Source: Dehalococcoidia bacterium (GTDB lineage Bacteria > Chloroflexota > Dehalococcoidia > Lucifugimonadales > SHYT01). Taken from it: a stretch of DNA of 64,000 bases. The notes under the pieces were generated by a model that was given only the letters and a program-made list of their open reading frames with translations, did no database searches and was not told the origin of the DNA. Made by a program: the position numbers and the translations under genes. Positions 55,755 through 64,000 of the stretch are shown in pieces; the first letter of the stretch is position 1; every line of letters starts with the position of its first letter. Where the stretch lies: NCBI GenBank assembly GCA_009693045.1, contig SHXZ01000003.1:53092-117091 (forward strand), read 5' to 3'.

Positions 55755-57644
55755 ATGACCACGAGCAGGATCAAACCCGCCGCCAAGCAGGCGCCGCTCA
55801 AGATCACCGACACCACCATGCGGGACGGCCACCAGAGCCTTGCCGCCACGCGCATGCGCACCCAGGACATGGAGCCCATCGCGGCCCGCATTGACAGGGC
55901 GGGGTTCTACTCGGCGGAGGTGTGGGGCGGCGCCACGTTTGACGTCGCCACCCGTTTCCTCTACGAAGACCCGTGGGACCGGCTCCGCAGCATGAAGCGC
56001 CTGATGCCCAACACGCCCCTGCAGATGCTCCTGCGCGGCCAGAACCTCGTCGGCTACCGCAACTACGCCGACGACGTGGTGGACGCCTTTGTCGCCCACA
56101 CCGCGAGCTGCGGCATGGACATCTTCCGCATCTTTGACGCACTCAACGACGAGCGGAACCTCAAGCGCGCCCACGAGGCCGTGAAGGCCGCCGGGAAGCA
56201 CTCCCAACTCTGCATCTGCTACTCGGTCACCGAAGAGGGCCGGATGGGTGGCCGCGTGTACAACCTGGCCTACTTCCTGGGAAAGGCCCGCATCCTGGAA
56301 GACATGGGCGCGGACAGCATATGCATCAAGGACATGGCGGGCCTCTTGGCGCCGCCGGACGCTTTCACGCTGATACAGGCGCTGAAAAAAGAGGTCAAAG
56401 TCCCCCTTCAGCTCCACACCCACTACACCAGCGGCATGGCGTCCATGACGGTGCTCAAAGCGGTCGAGGCGGGCGTGGACATCGTGGATACCTGCCTGGC
56501 GCCGCTGGCGCTACGCACTGCGCAGCCCGCGCTGGAGCCGCTGGTGGTAACGCTGCGAGGCTCGCCTCGGGACACCGGGCTTGACCTGAATGAGCTGATA
56601 GCCATCGGGGAATACTTTGAGACGCTGGGGCCGTATCTTCGGCAGCACATGGCCGACGGGCGCCTAGCCGTGGTGGATCCGCGCGTGCTCACCCACCAGG
56701 TGCCGGGCGGCATGGTCAGCAACCTGATCTCGCAGCTCCGCGAGGCCGACGCGCTGGATAAGCTCCCCGCGGTGCTGGACGACCTGCCGAGGACCCGCCG
56801 CGAGCTGGGCTATCCCCCCCTGGTGACGCCCACCAGCCAGATTGTCGGTGTGCAGTCCGTGAACAACGCGCTCTTTGGGCGATGGAAGGTCATCTCGTCG
56901 CAGGTCAAGGACTACTGCTACGGCCTGTACGGAAAGCCGCCGCAACCCATTGACCCCAACGTTCGGGAGATGGCCCTCAAGGGCTACGCCCGCGGCGAAC
57001 AGCCCATTACGGGTCGCGCCGCCGACGAGCTCAAGCCCGAGATGCCAAAGGCGAGGGAGGACTCCAAGGGCGTGGCAAAGGACATCGGCGACGTTCTGAC
57101 CTACGCACTGTACCCGACGACTGGGATGCAGTTTCTGAAGGTGAAGTACGCCATGGCGCAGCGGCCTGCTGAACCCGCGCCGCAGACGCCGGCGGCTCCC
57201 GCGCCGATGGCCCAGGTGCAGGCGTCGGCGAGGGCGCGCAGCTTCAACGTGTCCGTGGACGGCAAAACGTTCCAGGTGGTCGTCGATCCCGCGGACGGCG
57301 GCGGAGCGCGGACTGCGGTCCGCGCGGCCGCTCCGCGGCCCGCAGCGGCCCGGGCCGCTGCGCCCGCCGCGACGCAGACCACGGCCCAACCCGCCCCCAC
57401 CAACGGACACAAACTCGGCGATGGAGAATCCCCGATCACCGCGCCCATGCCGGGGATCATCATACGTTATGTCGCGGCGGAAGGCACAGCAGTCAAAGCC
57501 GGCGACACCGTCGTGGTGCTGGAGGCAATGAAGATGGAGAACGCACTGCCTTCGCCTGCGGACGGCGTGGTAAAGAAACACCTGCACATGCCGGGCGCGC
57601 GCGTCCCGCGTGGGGCGCTTCTGGCGGTCGTGGGAGCGAAGTAG
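55755..57644 (+). CDS. pyruvate carboxylase subunit B / oxaloacetate decarboxylase alpha-like (5S carboxyltransferase + C-terminal biotinyl domain)
   Basis: ..ITDTTMRDGHQSL.. is the HMGL-like TIM-barrel start. An Ala/Pro linker follows, and the C-terminal lipoyl/biotinyl domain carries VLEAMKMEN (biotin attachment motif AMKM). Confidence 0.9.
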   Translation: MTTSRIKPAAKQAPLKITDTTMRDGHQSLAATRMRTQDMEPIAARIDRAGFYSAEVWGGATFDVATRFLYEDPWDRLRSMKRLMPNTPLQMLLRGQNLVGYRNYADDVVDAFVAHTASCGMDIFRIFDALNDERNLKRAHEAVKAAGKHSQLCICYSVTEEGRMGGRVYNLAYFLGKARILEDMGADSICIKDMAGLLAPPDAFTLIQALKKEVKVPLQLHTHYTSGMASMTVLKAVEAGVDIVDTCLAPLALRTAQPALEPLVVTLRGSPRDTGLDLNELIAIGEYFETLGPYLRQHMADGRLAVVDPRVLTHQVPGGMVSNLISQLREADALDKLPAVLDDLPRTRRELGYPPLVTPTSQIVGVQSVNNALFGRWKVISSQVKDYCYGLYGKPPQPIDPNVREMALKGYARGEQPITGRAADELKPEMPKAREDSKGVAKDIGDVLTYALYPTTGMQFLKVKYAMAQRPAEPAPQTPAAPAPMAQVQASARARSFNVSVDGKTFQVVVDPADGGGARTAVRAAAPRPAAARAAAPAATQTTAQPAPTNGHKLGDGESPITAPMPGIIIRYVAAEGTAVKAGDTVVVLEAMKMENALPSPADGVVKKHLHMPGARVPRGALLAVVGAK

Positions 57645-57648
57645 CGTC

Positions 57649-57679
57649 GCCCTTCCCTTTTGTGCGGGGAAGGGATGAG
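57649..57679. repeat. family C-like hairpin repeat
   Basis: cccttcccttttgtgcggggaagggatgagg. Confidence 0.6.
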
Positions 57680-57731
57680 GCGTTAGATCTAGGAACAACG
57701 CAGGTAAACCCTGCTAGGAGAGGGAGATATC

Positions 57732-58955
57732 ATGCCCATTGACACCAAGGCTATTGAAGCCGCCAAGGAGCACTTTGGCAAAGTGCTCACACAGCAGCTT
57801 GAGCGCGTGGAAACGCTCAAGAAAGGCCAAGAGTGGACCGACTTCTCCAAGATCAATCCCATCATCGTCGGGATCATCGGGGGCGACGGCATCGGCCCCG
57901 CCATTGCCGCGGAGGCCCAGCGCATTCTGGAGCACCTGCTCAAGCAGCAGGTGGACGCGGGCAAAGTGCGGTTCCGCACCATTGAGGGCCTGACCATTGA
58001 GAACCGCATCGCCAAGATGAAGGCCATCCCGGAGGACGTGCTCGCGGATATCAAAAAGTGCCACGTCACGCTCAAAGGCCCCACGGAGACGCCGGAGCAG
58101 GGCGATGGACGCCCCAACATTGAGAGCGCCAACGTCTCCATGCGCAAGGAGCTGGACCTCTTCGCTAACGTCCGCCCCGTCCGCATCCCGCAGGACGGCA
58201 TTGACTGGACGTTCTTCCGCGAGAACACCGAGGATCTCTACGCCCTCGGTAGCCAGGGCATCAACGTGACGCCGGACGTGGCGATTGACTTCCGCCTCAT
58301 CACCACTCAGGGTACGGAGCGCATCGTTGAGGCCGGGTTTGACTTCGCCAAGCGCAACGGCAAGACGAAGGTGACCATCATCACCAAGGCCAACGTGGTC
58401 AAGACCACGGACGGCAAGTTCCTCACCATCGCGCGGAACATTGCCAAACGGTATCCGGGGATTGAGATGGACGCCTGGTACATTGACATCATGACCGCCC
58501 AACTGCTGAACCCCCTCCGCCGCTCTGAATTCCAGGTGATGGTGCTTCCCAACCTGTACGGCGACATCATAACGGACGAGGCCGGACAGATCCAGGGCGG
58601 CGTCGGCACCGCGGGCAGCGCCAACATCGGCAAACAGTTCTCCATGTTCGAGGCCATCCACGGCAGCGCACCGCGCATGGTCCGCGAAGGCCGCGCCCAG
58701 TACGCCGACCCCAGCTCCATCGTGCGCGCAGGCGCCATGCTTTTGGAACACATTGGGTTCAGCGACCTTGGTATGCGTGTCCACAAGGCCCTTGACATCT
58801 GCGGCCAGTACGAGAAGAAGATCGTGATGACCGGCCGCAGCACGGGCGCCACCGGCAAGGATTTCGGCGACTACCTCATGGCCACCGTCCGCGACCCGCG
58901 CATCAACGAGCGCTGGGACGGGTACGTCAAGGCGACGACGCCGAAGAAGAGCTAG
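57732..58955 (+). CDS. icd: isocitrate dehydrogenase (isocitrate/isopropylmalate dehydrogenase family)
   Basis: Track ORF of 407 aa with ..[14 protein letters not shown].., ..[11 protein letters not shown].. and ..GSAPR... Cofactor specificity is not determinable here. Confidence 0.8.
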   Translation: MPIDTKAIEAAKEHFGKVLTQQLERVETLKKGQEWTDFSKINPIIVGIIGGDGIGPAIAAEAQRILEHLLKQQVDAGKVRFRTIEGLTIENRIAKMKAIPEDVLADIKKCHVTLKGPTETPEQGDGRPNIESANVSMRKELDLFANVRPVRIPQDGIDWTFFRENTEDLYALGSQGINVTPDVAIDFRLITTQGTERIVEAGFDFAKRNGKTKVTIITKANVVKTTDGKFLTIARNIAKRYPGIEMDAWYIDIMTAQLLNPLRRSEFQVMVLPNLYGDIITDEAGQIQGGVGTAGSANIGKQFSMFEAIHGSAPRMVREGRAQYADPSSIVRAGAMLLEHIGFSDLGMRVHKALDICGQYEKKIVMTGRSTGATGKDFGDYLMATVRDPRINERWDGYVKATTPKKS

Positions 58956-58981
58956 CGTCGGAGCGAGCCAGTCGTACGTCT

Positions 58982-59009
58982 GTAGGGGCGACTGGCCAGT
59001 CGCCCCTAC
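58982..59009. repeat. family B palindrome
   Basis: GTAGGGGCGACtggccaGTCGCCCCTAC between icd and mdh. Confidence 0.85.
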
Positions 59010-59043
59010 GTTGCGCAACCCAAACGCGAGAAAGGAACGAGAA

Positions 59044-59988
59044 ATGCGCAGAAAAGTCACCGTCGTCGGCGCGGGGAACGTCGGCGCCACCGTCGCCCAG
59101 CGCGTCTTTGACAAGGGCTACGCCGACGTGGCGCTCATTGACATCGTGGAGGGGCTGCCGCAGGGCAAGGCGCTGGACATGCTGGAGTCAGGCCCAGTCC
59201 TCGGCTCCGACGCCACCATCGTCGGCTCCAACGCCTACGAGGTCAGCGCCAACTCCGACATCGTGGTCATCACCTCCGGCATCGCCCGCCGACCCGGCAT
59301 GAGCCGCGACGACCTGCTCTTCACCAACATGAACATCATCGGCGACGTGACGAAAAAGGTCGTGGCGCAGTCCCCCAACGCCATCCTCATCATCGTCACG
59401 AACCCGCTGGACGCCATGGCGCAGCACGCCTACGAGGTGAGCGGCTTCCCGCGCGAGCGCGTCATCGGCATGGCTGGCGTCCTAGACAGCGCCCGCTTCC
59501 GCACGTTCGTCGCCCAGGAGCTGAAGGTTTCGGTGCAGGATGTGCACGCGTACGTGCTGGGCGGCCACGGCGACCAGATGGTGCCGCTCGTCGGCTACAC
59601 CAACGTCGGCGGCGTCCCCATCAACCAGCTCCTCTCCAAGGAACGCTTGGACGCCATCGTCAAGCGCACCCGCGACGGCGGCGCTGAGATCGTCAACCTG
59701 CTCAAGACCGGCAGCGCCTACTATGCCCCGTCCGCCTCCGTCGTCTCCATGGTGGAAGCCATCCTGCTGGACAAGAAGCAGGTCCTCCCCTGCTGCGTGC
59801 TGCTCAAGGGCGAGTACAACGTCCGCGACCTGTACGTCGGCGTGCCCGTCAAGCTGGGCGCGAAGGGCATGGAGGAGATCGTGCAGCTCGTCCTCAGCCC
59901 GGAGGAATACGTGGAGCTGCGCAAGTCCGCCGAGGCCGTCCGCGAGCTGGTGAACCTGATGCACGAGAAGGCAAAGGCCAAAGCGTAG
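59044..59988 (+). CDS. mdh: malate dehydrogenase (LDH-like MDH)
   Basis: Track ORF 59011..59988. I place the start at ATG 59044 ([16 protein letters not shown]..). It has ..[13 protein letters not shown].. (the Arg typical of MDH) and ..GGHGD... Confidence 0.9.
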   Translation: MRRKVTVVGAGNVGATVAQRVFDKGYADVALIDIVEGLPQGKALDMLESGPVLGSDATIVGSNAYEVSANSDIVVITSGIARRPGMSRDDLLFTNMNIIGDVTKKVVAQSPNAILIIVTNPLDAMAQHAYEVSGFPRERVIGMAGVLDSARFRTFVAQELKVSVQDVHAYVLGGHGDQMVPLVGYTNVGGVPINQLLSKERLDAIVKRTRDGGAEIVNLLKTGSAYYAPSASVVSMVEAILLDKKQVLPCCVLLKGEYNVRDLYVGVPVKLGAKGMEEIVQLVLSPEEYVELRKSAEAVRELVNLMHEKAKAKA

Positions 59989-60013
59989 CCCACCTCGGGA
60001 AACCTGCTTCAGT

Positions 60014-60042
60014 GAGAGGGCGCTGGTTCGCAGCGCCCTCTC
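60014..60042. terminator. 12-bp hairpin between convergent mdh and nnr
   Basis: GAGAGGGCGCTG-gttcg-CAGCGCCCTCTC. There is no strong U-tract on either strand. Confidence 0.35.
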
Positions 60043-60332
60043 CTCGTTGGACATACTTATTGCATACGAGCAGCGTGATGAAAATCCCGGGACCGCCACC
60101 CCAATAGTGCCAGCCGTTGACCACCCACCCACTTGACATACTTCTCAGAATAGTACTAAACTTCGTTCAATCTGCGCGGTGTGGGGTCAAGTGTCCCGGT
60201 CCACCACACCCTATGTTGCCGAGTCTCGGCTGGTTCCCCTACTGGCCGAGACCCGGCCCGGATAGAACGGACTCGCAGCGACGGCCTGCCACTGGTGGAT
60301 TGCCGCCTTTCCCACCCCAACCTACGCGCCGA

Positions 60333-61910
60333 CTACCACCCGTCTGCCCAACTCCCCTCCCATATCCCTCGCAGCGCCTTGGGCAGCAGCGGCAGCAGGT
60401 CACTGGCGATGCCGCCCGCGTCGCCGAACTCCTGACGCATCATCTCTCCAGCCACGCCGTGGAGGTAAACGCCTGCCGTGGCGGCGTCGTTGGGCGAGAC
60501 GCCCTGGGCCAGCAGCCCCGCGATAACGCCCGCGAGCACGTCGCCCGTTCCCGCGCTCGCGAGGGCGGGGTTGGCGAAGGGGCTAACCCGGAGGCGCCCC
60601 TGCGGCGAGGCAACAACCGTGAAAGCGCCCTTCAGCACCACGTTCGCGCCCCATGACTCCGCGCTCTCCGCCGCGCGCGCCCAGCGGTCTTGCTGGACGT
60701 CGGCCGTTGGCTTGTCCAGGAGGCGGGACATCTCGCCTGGGTGCGGCGTGAGGACGGCGGGGGACTTGAAGCCCTTCCACCAATCGGAAGTCTGAGCGAG
60801 GATGTTGAGCGCGTCGGCGTCCACCACGACGGGGGTGGTCATCGTCGGGTCGCCCAGAAGGGTGTTGCGAACGACGGCGGCGGTGGCCGGGTGCTGGCCG
60901 AGGCCCGGGCCGATTAGCAGGACGTCATAGTCGCTGACTGCCTGCCGCAGCACGCGGGCGGCCTCCGGCGAGAGCGACCCGGGCACGCGCTCAGGCAGCG
61001 TCAGGTAGGTCGCCTCCGTAAGCTTGGCGGCGATGATAGCCTGGATGCGGAAGGGCGCCGCCAGCGTGACGTAGCCGGCCCCGACGCGCGCAGCGCCCAT
61101 GCAAGCCAGGTACGCAGCGCCAAGGTAGCTCTGGGAGCCGGCAACCACCAGCACCCTGCCGAACGTGCCTTTGTGGGAGTCCCGGTGGCGCGTCGGGAGG
61201 ACGCTGCGGACCCAGTCGGCGGAAATCAGCTCCGGCGCGTCAACCCCTTCCGCCGCCTCGGTCGGGACGCCGATGTCAACGACCTTGATCTGCCCTGCAT
61301 AGTCCGCTCCGGGGAACTTGAACAGCCCCGCCTTGGGCAGACCCAGCGTCACGGTCAGGTCAGCGGGCGCGCAAACGGGATCAACCTCGCCGGTGTCGGC
61401 GTTCAGGCCCGTCGGGATGTCCAGCGCGAGCACGGTGAGTCCCGCGTTCCGGCGTCGTGACGACACGACGTGGCGGAGCAGGGAGGCCAGCAGGCCGGTG
61501 ATGGGCCTTGAACGGCCAATGCCCAGAATCGCGTCAATGACCATGCTGCTTTGACCGAGGGCCATCTCCAGTTCAGCAAGCTCCGGATCGCTGGCGGAGT
61601 CTGCGACCGTTACTCCTTGGGCGACCGCGCTCGCCAGCTTCGGGTCCTCACCGGGGCGCGCGGCGCAGAGGTAGGCGGTGACGGTTGCGCCGCGCGCCTG
61701 AAGATGCCGCGCCGCCACCAGGCCATCGCTTCCGTTATTGCCCGGGCCGACCAGGACGAGGACCTGGGGCTGCTGGACACCTGCGAGGCGCTCCAGGGCC
61801 ACGCGCGCCACGGCCAGCCCCGCGTTTTCCATGAGGCGGTCCAGCGAAACGCCGCGCTGCACGGCCGCCTGTTCAACCACGCGCATGTGCTCAGCGGTGA
61901 CCAGTTTCAT
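60333..61910 (-). CDS. nnr: bifunctional NAD(P)H-hydrate epimerase / ADP-dependent dehydratase (YjeF/Nnr)
   Basis: Track ORF 60333..61937. I place the start at Met 61910 (MKLVTAEHMRVVEQ..). It has the N-terminal YjeF_N (..GPGNNGSDG..) and a C-terminal carbohydrate-kinase-like domain (..GTGDVLAG..). Confidence 0.9.
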   Translation of the reverse strand: MKLVTAEHMRVVEQAAVQRGVSLDRLMENAGLAVARVALERLAGVQQPQVLVLVGPGNNGSDGLVAARHLQARGATVTAYLCAARPGEDPKLASAVAQGVTVADSASDPELAELEMALGQSSMVIDAILGIGRSRPITGLLASLLRHVVSSRRRNAGLTVLALDIPTGLNADTGEVDPVCAPADLTVTLGLPKAGLFKFPGADYAGQIKVVDIGVPTEAAEGVDAPELISADWVRSVLPTRHRDSHKGTFGRVLVVAGSQSYLGAAYLACMGAARVGAGYVTLAAPFRIQAIIAAKLTEATYLTLPERVPGSLSPEAARVLRQAVSDYDVLLIGPGLGQHPATAAVVRNTLLGDPTMTTPVVVDADALNILAQTSDWWKGFKSPAVLTPHPGEMSRLLDKPTADVQQDRWARAAESAESWGANVVLKGAFTVVASPQGRLRVSPFANPALASAGTGDVLAGVIAGLLAQGVSPNDAATAGVYLHGVAGEMMRQEFGDAGGIASDLLPLLPKALRGIWEGSWADGW

Positions 61911-62100
61911 GGGGTTATGTTCCTTACGGAGCTGCAAAGCGTTATATACAGCCTAGCGGTGCCGCGCCCTGAAGGGCGCGGCATGGCACTGCATCTTGCA
62001 GAGCGCGTCGACCAAGTCCCTATGTTCAGGCCGAGTGAACAACTTGTCATTGCTGACGTGTAGAGAATCGGGCAGTTCGAGCTCCACGGAGGAACAAGGG

Positions 62101-62478
62101 TCACGAGGCGGGTCCGCCGCTCTGCGCGACGACAAACGCGATGGCGTAGTCGCGCGAGTGCGAGATGGAGAGCGCGAACGTGGTGAGTCCCAGACGGCAG
62201 GCGCGCTCGGCGGCGCGGCCGTGCAGGCGGATGGTAGGCGCCCGCCCCCGCTCGCGCACCACCTCAATCTCGCGCCAGCCGACACCGCGGACGCCGGTCC
62301 CGAGCGCCTTCATGGTGGCCTCTTTCGCGGCGAACCGCCCGGCGAGCTGAGGCGCGCGACCGTGAGAAAAGGCCTGCTCCCCCGGCGTGAAGATACGGTT
62401 GAGAAAGCGGCTTCCCCAGCGCTCGTTCGCCGCCGAGATGCGCGGGATTTCAATGATGTCGACGCCAGTTGTGAGCAT
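62101..62478 (-). CDS. acpS: holo-[acyl-carrier-protein] synthase
   Basis: MLTTGVDIIEI.RI....R.G.RFL.RIFT..E......R....LAGRFAAKEA..KALG is the canonical AcpS pattern. Confidence 0.9.
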   Translation of the reverse strand: MLTTGVDIIEIPRISAANERWGSRFLNRIFTPGEQAFSHGRAPQLAGRFAAKEATMKALGTGVRGVGWREIEVVRERGRAPTIRLHGRAAERACRLGLTTFALSISHSRDYAIAFVVAQSGGPAS

Positions 62479-62493
62479 TACTTGTGACGTCTT

Positions 62494-63402
62494 TCAGCGA
62501 GACGACTCAACAGGTGCGGCCAGGCCGGCTAGTTCCAGCACCTCTGGAATACGGCGCTCCCAGCCCAGGGCCATGACGTGAACGCCCCGAAAGCGGACTG
62601 CGGCCTCCCTGGCAAGTGCAGCGGCAATCTGCACGCCCCTCTCGCCGGGCTTGGGTGCGCTCTCCAGTTCGTTGATCAGCGCGTCCGGCACCTGGACGCC
62701 GGGGAGGTTCTGCGTCATCCAGCGCGCCATCCGGGCAGACTTGGGGATGATGACGCCCATGAGAACGGGAACGCCGCGGCCTTCCACACTCTTGGCGAAG
62801 CGGTCAAGCAGGCTCATGTCAAACACCGCCTGGGTCTGAAAGAAGGCGGCGCCGGCGGCGATCTTCTCGTCCATGCGCCGTAGCTCTTTGTCCAGGTCCG
62901 GCGCGCCGGGGTTGACCACGGCGCCGGGTAAAAGATCAGGCGCGTCCTTTAGCTGGTTGCCTGCCAAATCGCGACCGTTTCTAAGCGCGGTGACCGCCTC
63001 AAGCAGGGCCATCACGTCCAGGTCAAAGACCGGCTTGGTCTCCGGGTTGTCTCCGGCTTTTGGGTCATCGCCGGTCAGGCACAGGACATTGGTGACGCCG
63101 AGGGCCGCCGCTGCGAGCAAGTCGGCCTGGAGGGCGATGCGGTTCCGGTCGCGGCACGAGACTTGGAAGACCGGCTGCACACCGATGTCAACAAGCCGGT
63201 GTGCCAGAGCGAGGCCCATCTGCGACATGACGGCTGCGTGGGAGTCTGTGACGTTGATCGCGTCCACGATGGGGCGAAGGGCTTCCGCTATGGAAAGAAC
63301 GGCCGTAAGGTCAACACCTTTGGGCGGGTTGAGCTCCGCTGTCACAACGGATGGGCCGCTGCGAAGCCGCTTGGCGAGGCTATTCAAGAGCGTCTTCTCC
63401 AA
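62494..63402 (-). CDS. metF: methylenetetrahydrofolate reductase
   Basis: Track ORF of 302 aa with MTHFR-like sequence (..VVTAELNPPKG.., ..INVTD.., ..LCLTGD.., ..FFQTQAVFD..). Confidence 0.85.
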   Translation of the reverse strand: MEKTLLNSLAKRLRSGPSVVTAELNPPKGVDLTAVLSIAEALRPIVDAINVTDSHAAVMSQMGLALAHRLVDIGVQPVFQVSCRDRNRIALQADLLAAAALGVTNVLCLTGDDPKAGDNPETKPVFDLDVMALLEAVTALRNGRDLAGNQLKDAPDLLPGAVVNPGAPDLDKELRRMDEKIAAGAAFFQTQAVFDMSLLDRFAKSVEGRGVPVLMGVIIPKSARMARWMTQNLPGVQVPDALINELESAPKPGERGVQIAAALAREAAVRFRGVHVMALGWERRIPEVLELAGLAAPVESSR

Positions 63403-63487
63403 GGCTGCGAAGGGTTGCGGTCATTATAGACGCGGCGGCGCGTACTGCACAATCCAACGCGTCGGAGGCGGCGGTTCATCACGGCGG

Positions 63488-64000
63488 TCAGACGCGGGGG
63501 GCTGCGCCACGCCGGTAGCGTCGGACGTGGCGCCAGACGTACCAAGCAACGAGCGCGAGAAGGACGGCCGCAACAGGGATGTCAAATGAGCGCATTCCTC
63601 GCCGGAGGGATTCCCAGTTGTCGCCAAGCAGGTAGCCGCCGAGCGCCAGCCCCAGACACCAAGGATACGCGCCAAGGAACGTGTACACGGAGAAGCGAAG
63701 CAGGCTCATCCTCGCTAAGCCAGCGGGAACGCTCACGAACGTGCGCACGACAGGCAAGAGGCGCGCTGCAAAGACGGTGATCTCGCCGTGGCGGGCGAAC
63801 CACCGGTCGGCAACGTCCAGGTCGTGGGCGGAGATCAACACGTAGCGCCCGAAGCGCTCCAGCAGAGGCCTCCCTCCCCTAGCGGCGACGGCGTAGGCGA
63901 CGAGCGAGCCGAGCAGGTTCCCCAGCGCCCCATAGAACGCGGCCAGAAACACGTAAGACCACGAGTGCCCTTTGGCCTGGATGAGCATCCAGCCGCTCAA
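63488..64000 (-). CDS. DedA-family membrane protein, 5'-truncated by the window edge
   Basis: ..GNLLGSLVAYAVAARGGRPLLERFGRYV...ADRWFARHGEITVFAARLLPVVRTFVSVPAG.. is the DedA/SNARE-associated core. The ORF runs off the right end of the window. Confidence 0.85.
   Translation of the reverse strand: MSGWMLIQAKGHSWSYVFLAAFYGALGNLLGSLVAYAVAARGGRPLLERFGRYVLISAHDLDVADRWFARHGEITVFAARLLPVVRTFVSVPAGLARMSLLRFSVYTFLGAYPWCLGLALGGYLLGDNWESLRRGMRSFDIPVAAVLLALVAWYVWRHVRRYRRGAAPRV

Overview
GC-rich bacterial chromosomal segment. I judge G+C at roughly two-thirds by eye and did not compute it. The gene content and the very dense short palindromic repeats suggest a Chloroflexota-like lineage, but this is inference only. 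The window is mostly housekeeping and central-metabolism genes. I support about 58 protein-coding genes, 4 tRNAs (Gln-UUG, Leu-CAA, Gly-GCC, Phe-GAA), one IS5-family transposase fragment, two probable gene relics and no CRISPR array. Recognisable blocks, in order: a Lon-related protease cut by the window edge; a Fur-family regulator, a metal ABC importer and a second Fur-family regulator; a FIST sensor-like protein; ilvE, NIPSNAP and folD; a tRNA cluster with a small lower-GC islet; prfB with its +1 frameshift; a peptide-type ABC importer with no ATPase genes; recA and rplI-dnaB with a DnaC-like loader; sbcD; glyQS; an ABC-F ATPase; several LLM flavin oxidoreductases; folP-(DinB-fold)-folK; a carboxyltransferase/5S-biotin pair followed by icd and mdh; and nnr-acpS-metF-dedA. 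Most noteworthy findings: (1) an in-frame TGA exactly at the first Cys of a CxxC motif in a two-domain thioredoxin-fold gene that overlaps the recA stop, with a downstream hairpin, which makes it a candidate selenoprotein; (2) a helicase-loader gene with two tandem DnaC/DnaI-like AAA+ modules plus an N-terminal Cys cluster; (3) a DinB-fold protein sitting where folB normally lies in a folate operon; (4) a transcarboxylase-like gene pair with no biotin carboxylase, next to icd and mdh; (5) several families of dispersed palindromic or MITE-like repeats, including one copy embedded in frame inside sbcD and a 125-bp tandem array. Many long ORFs in the track are antisense shadow ORFs typical of high-GC DNA and were not called.
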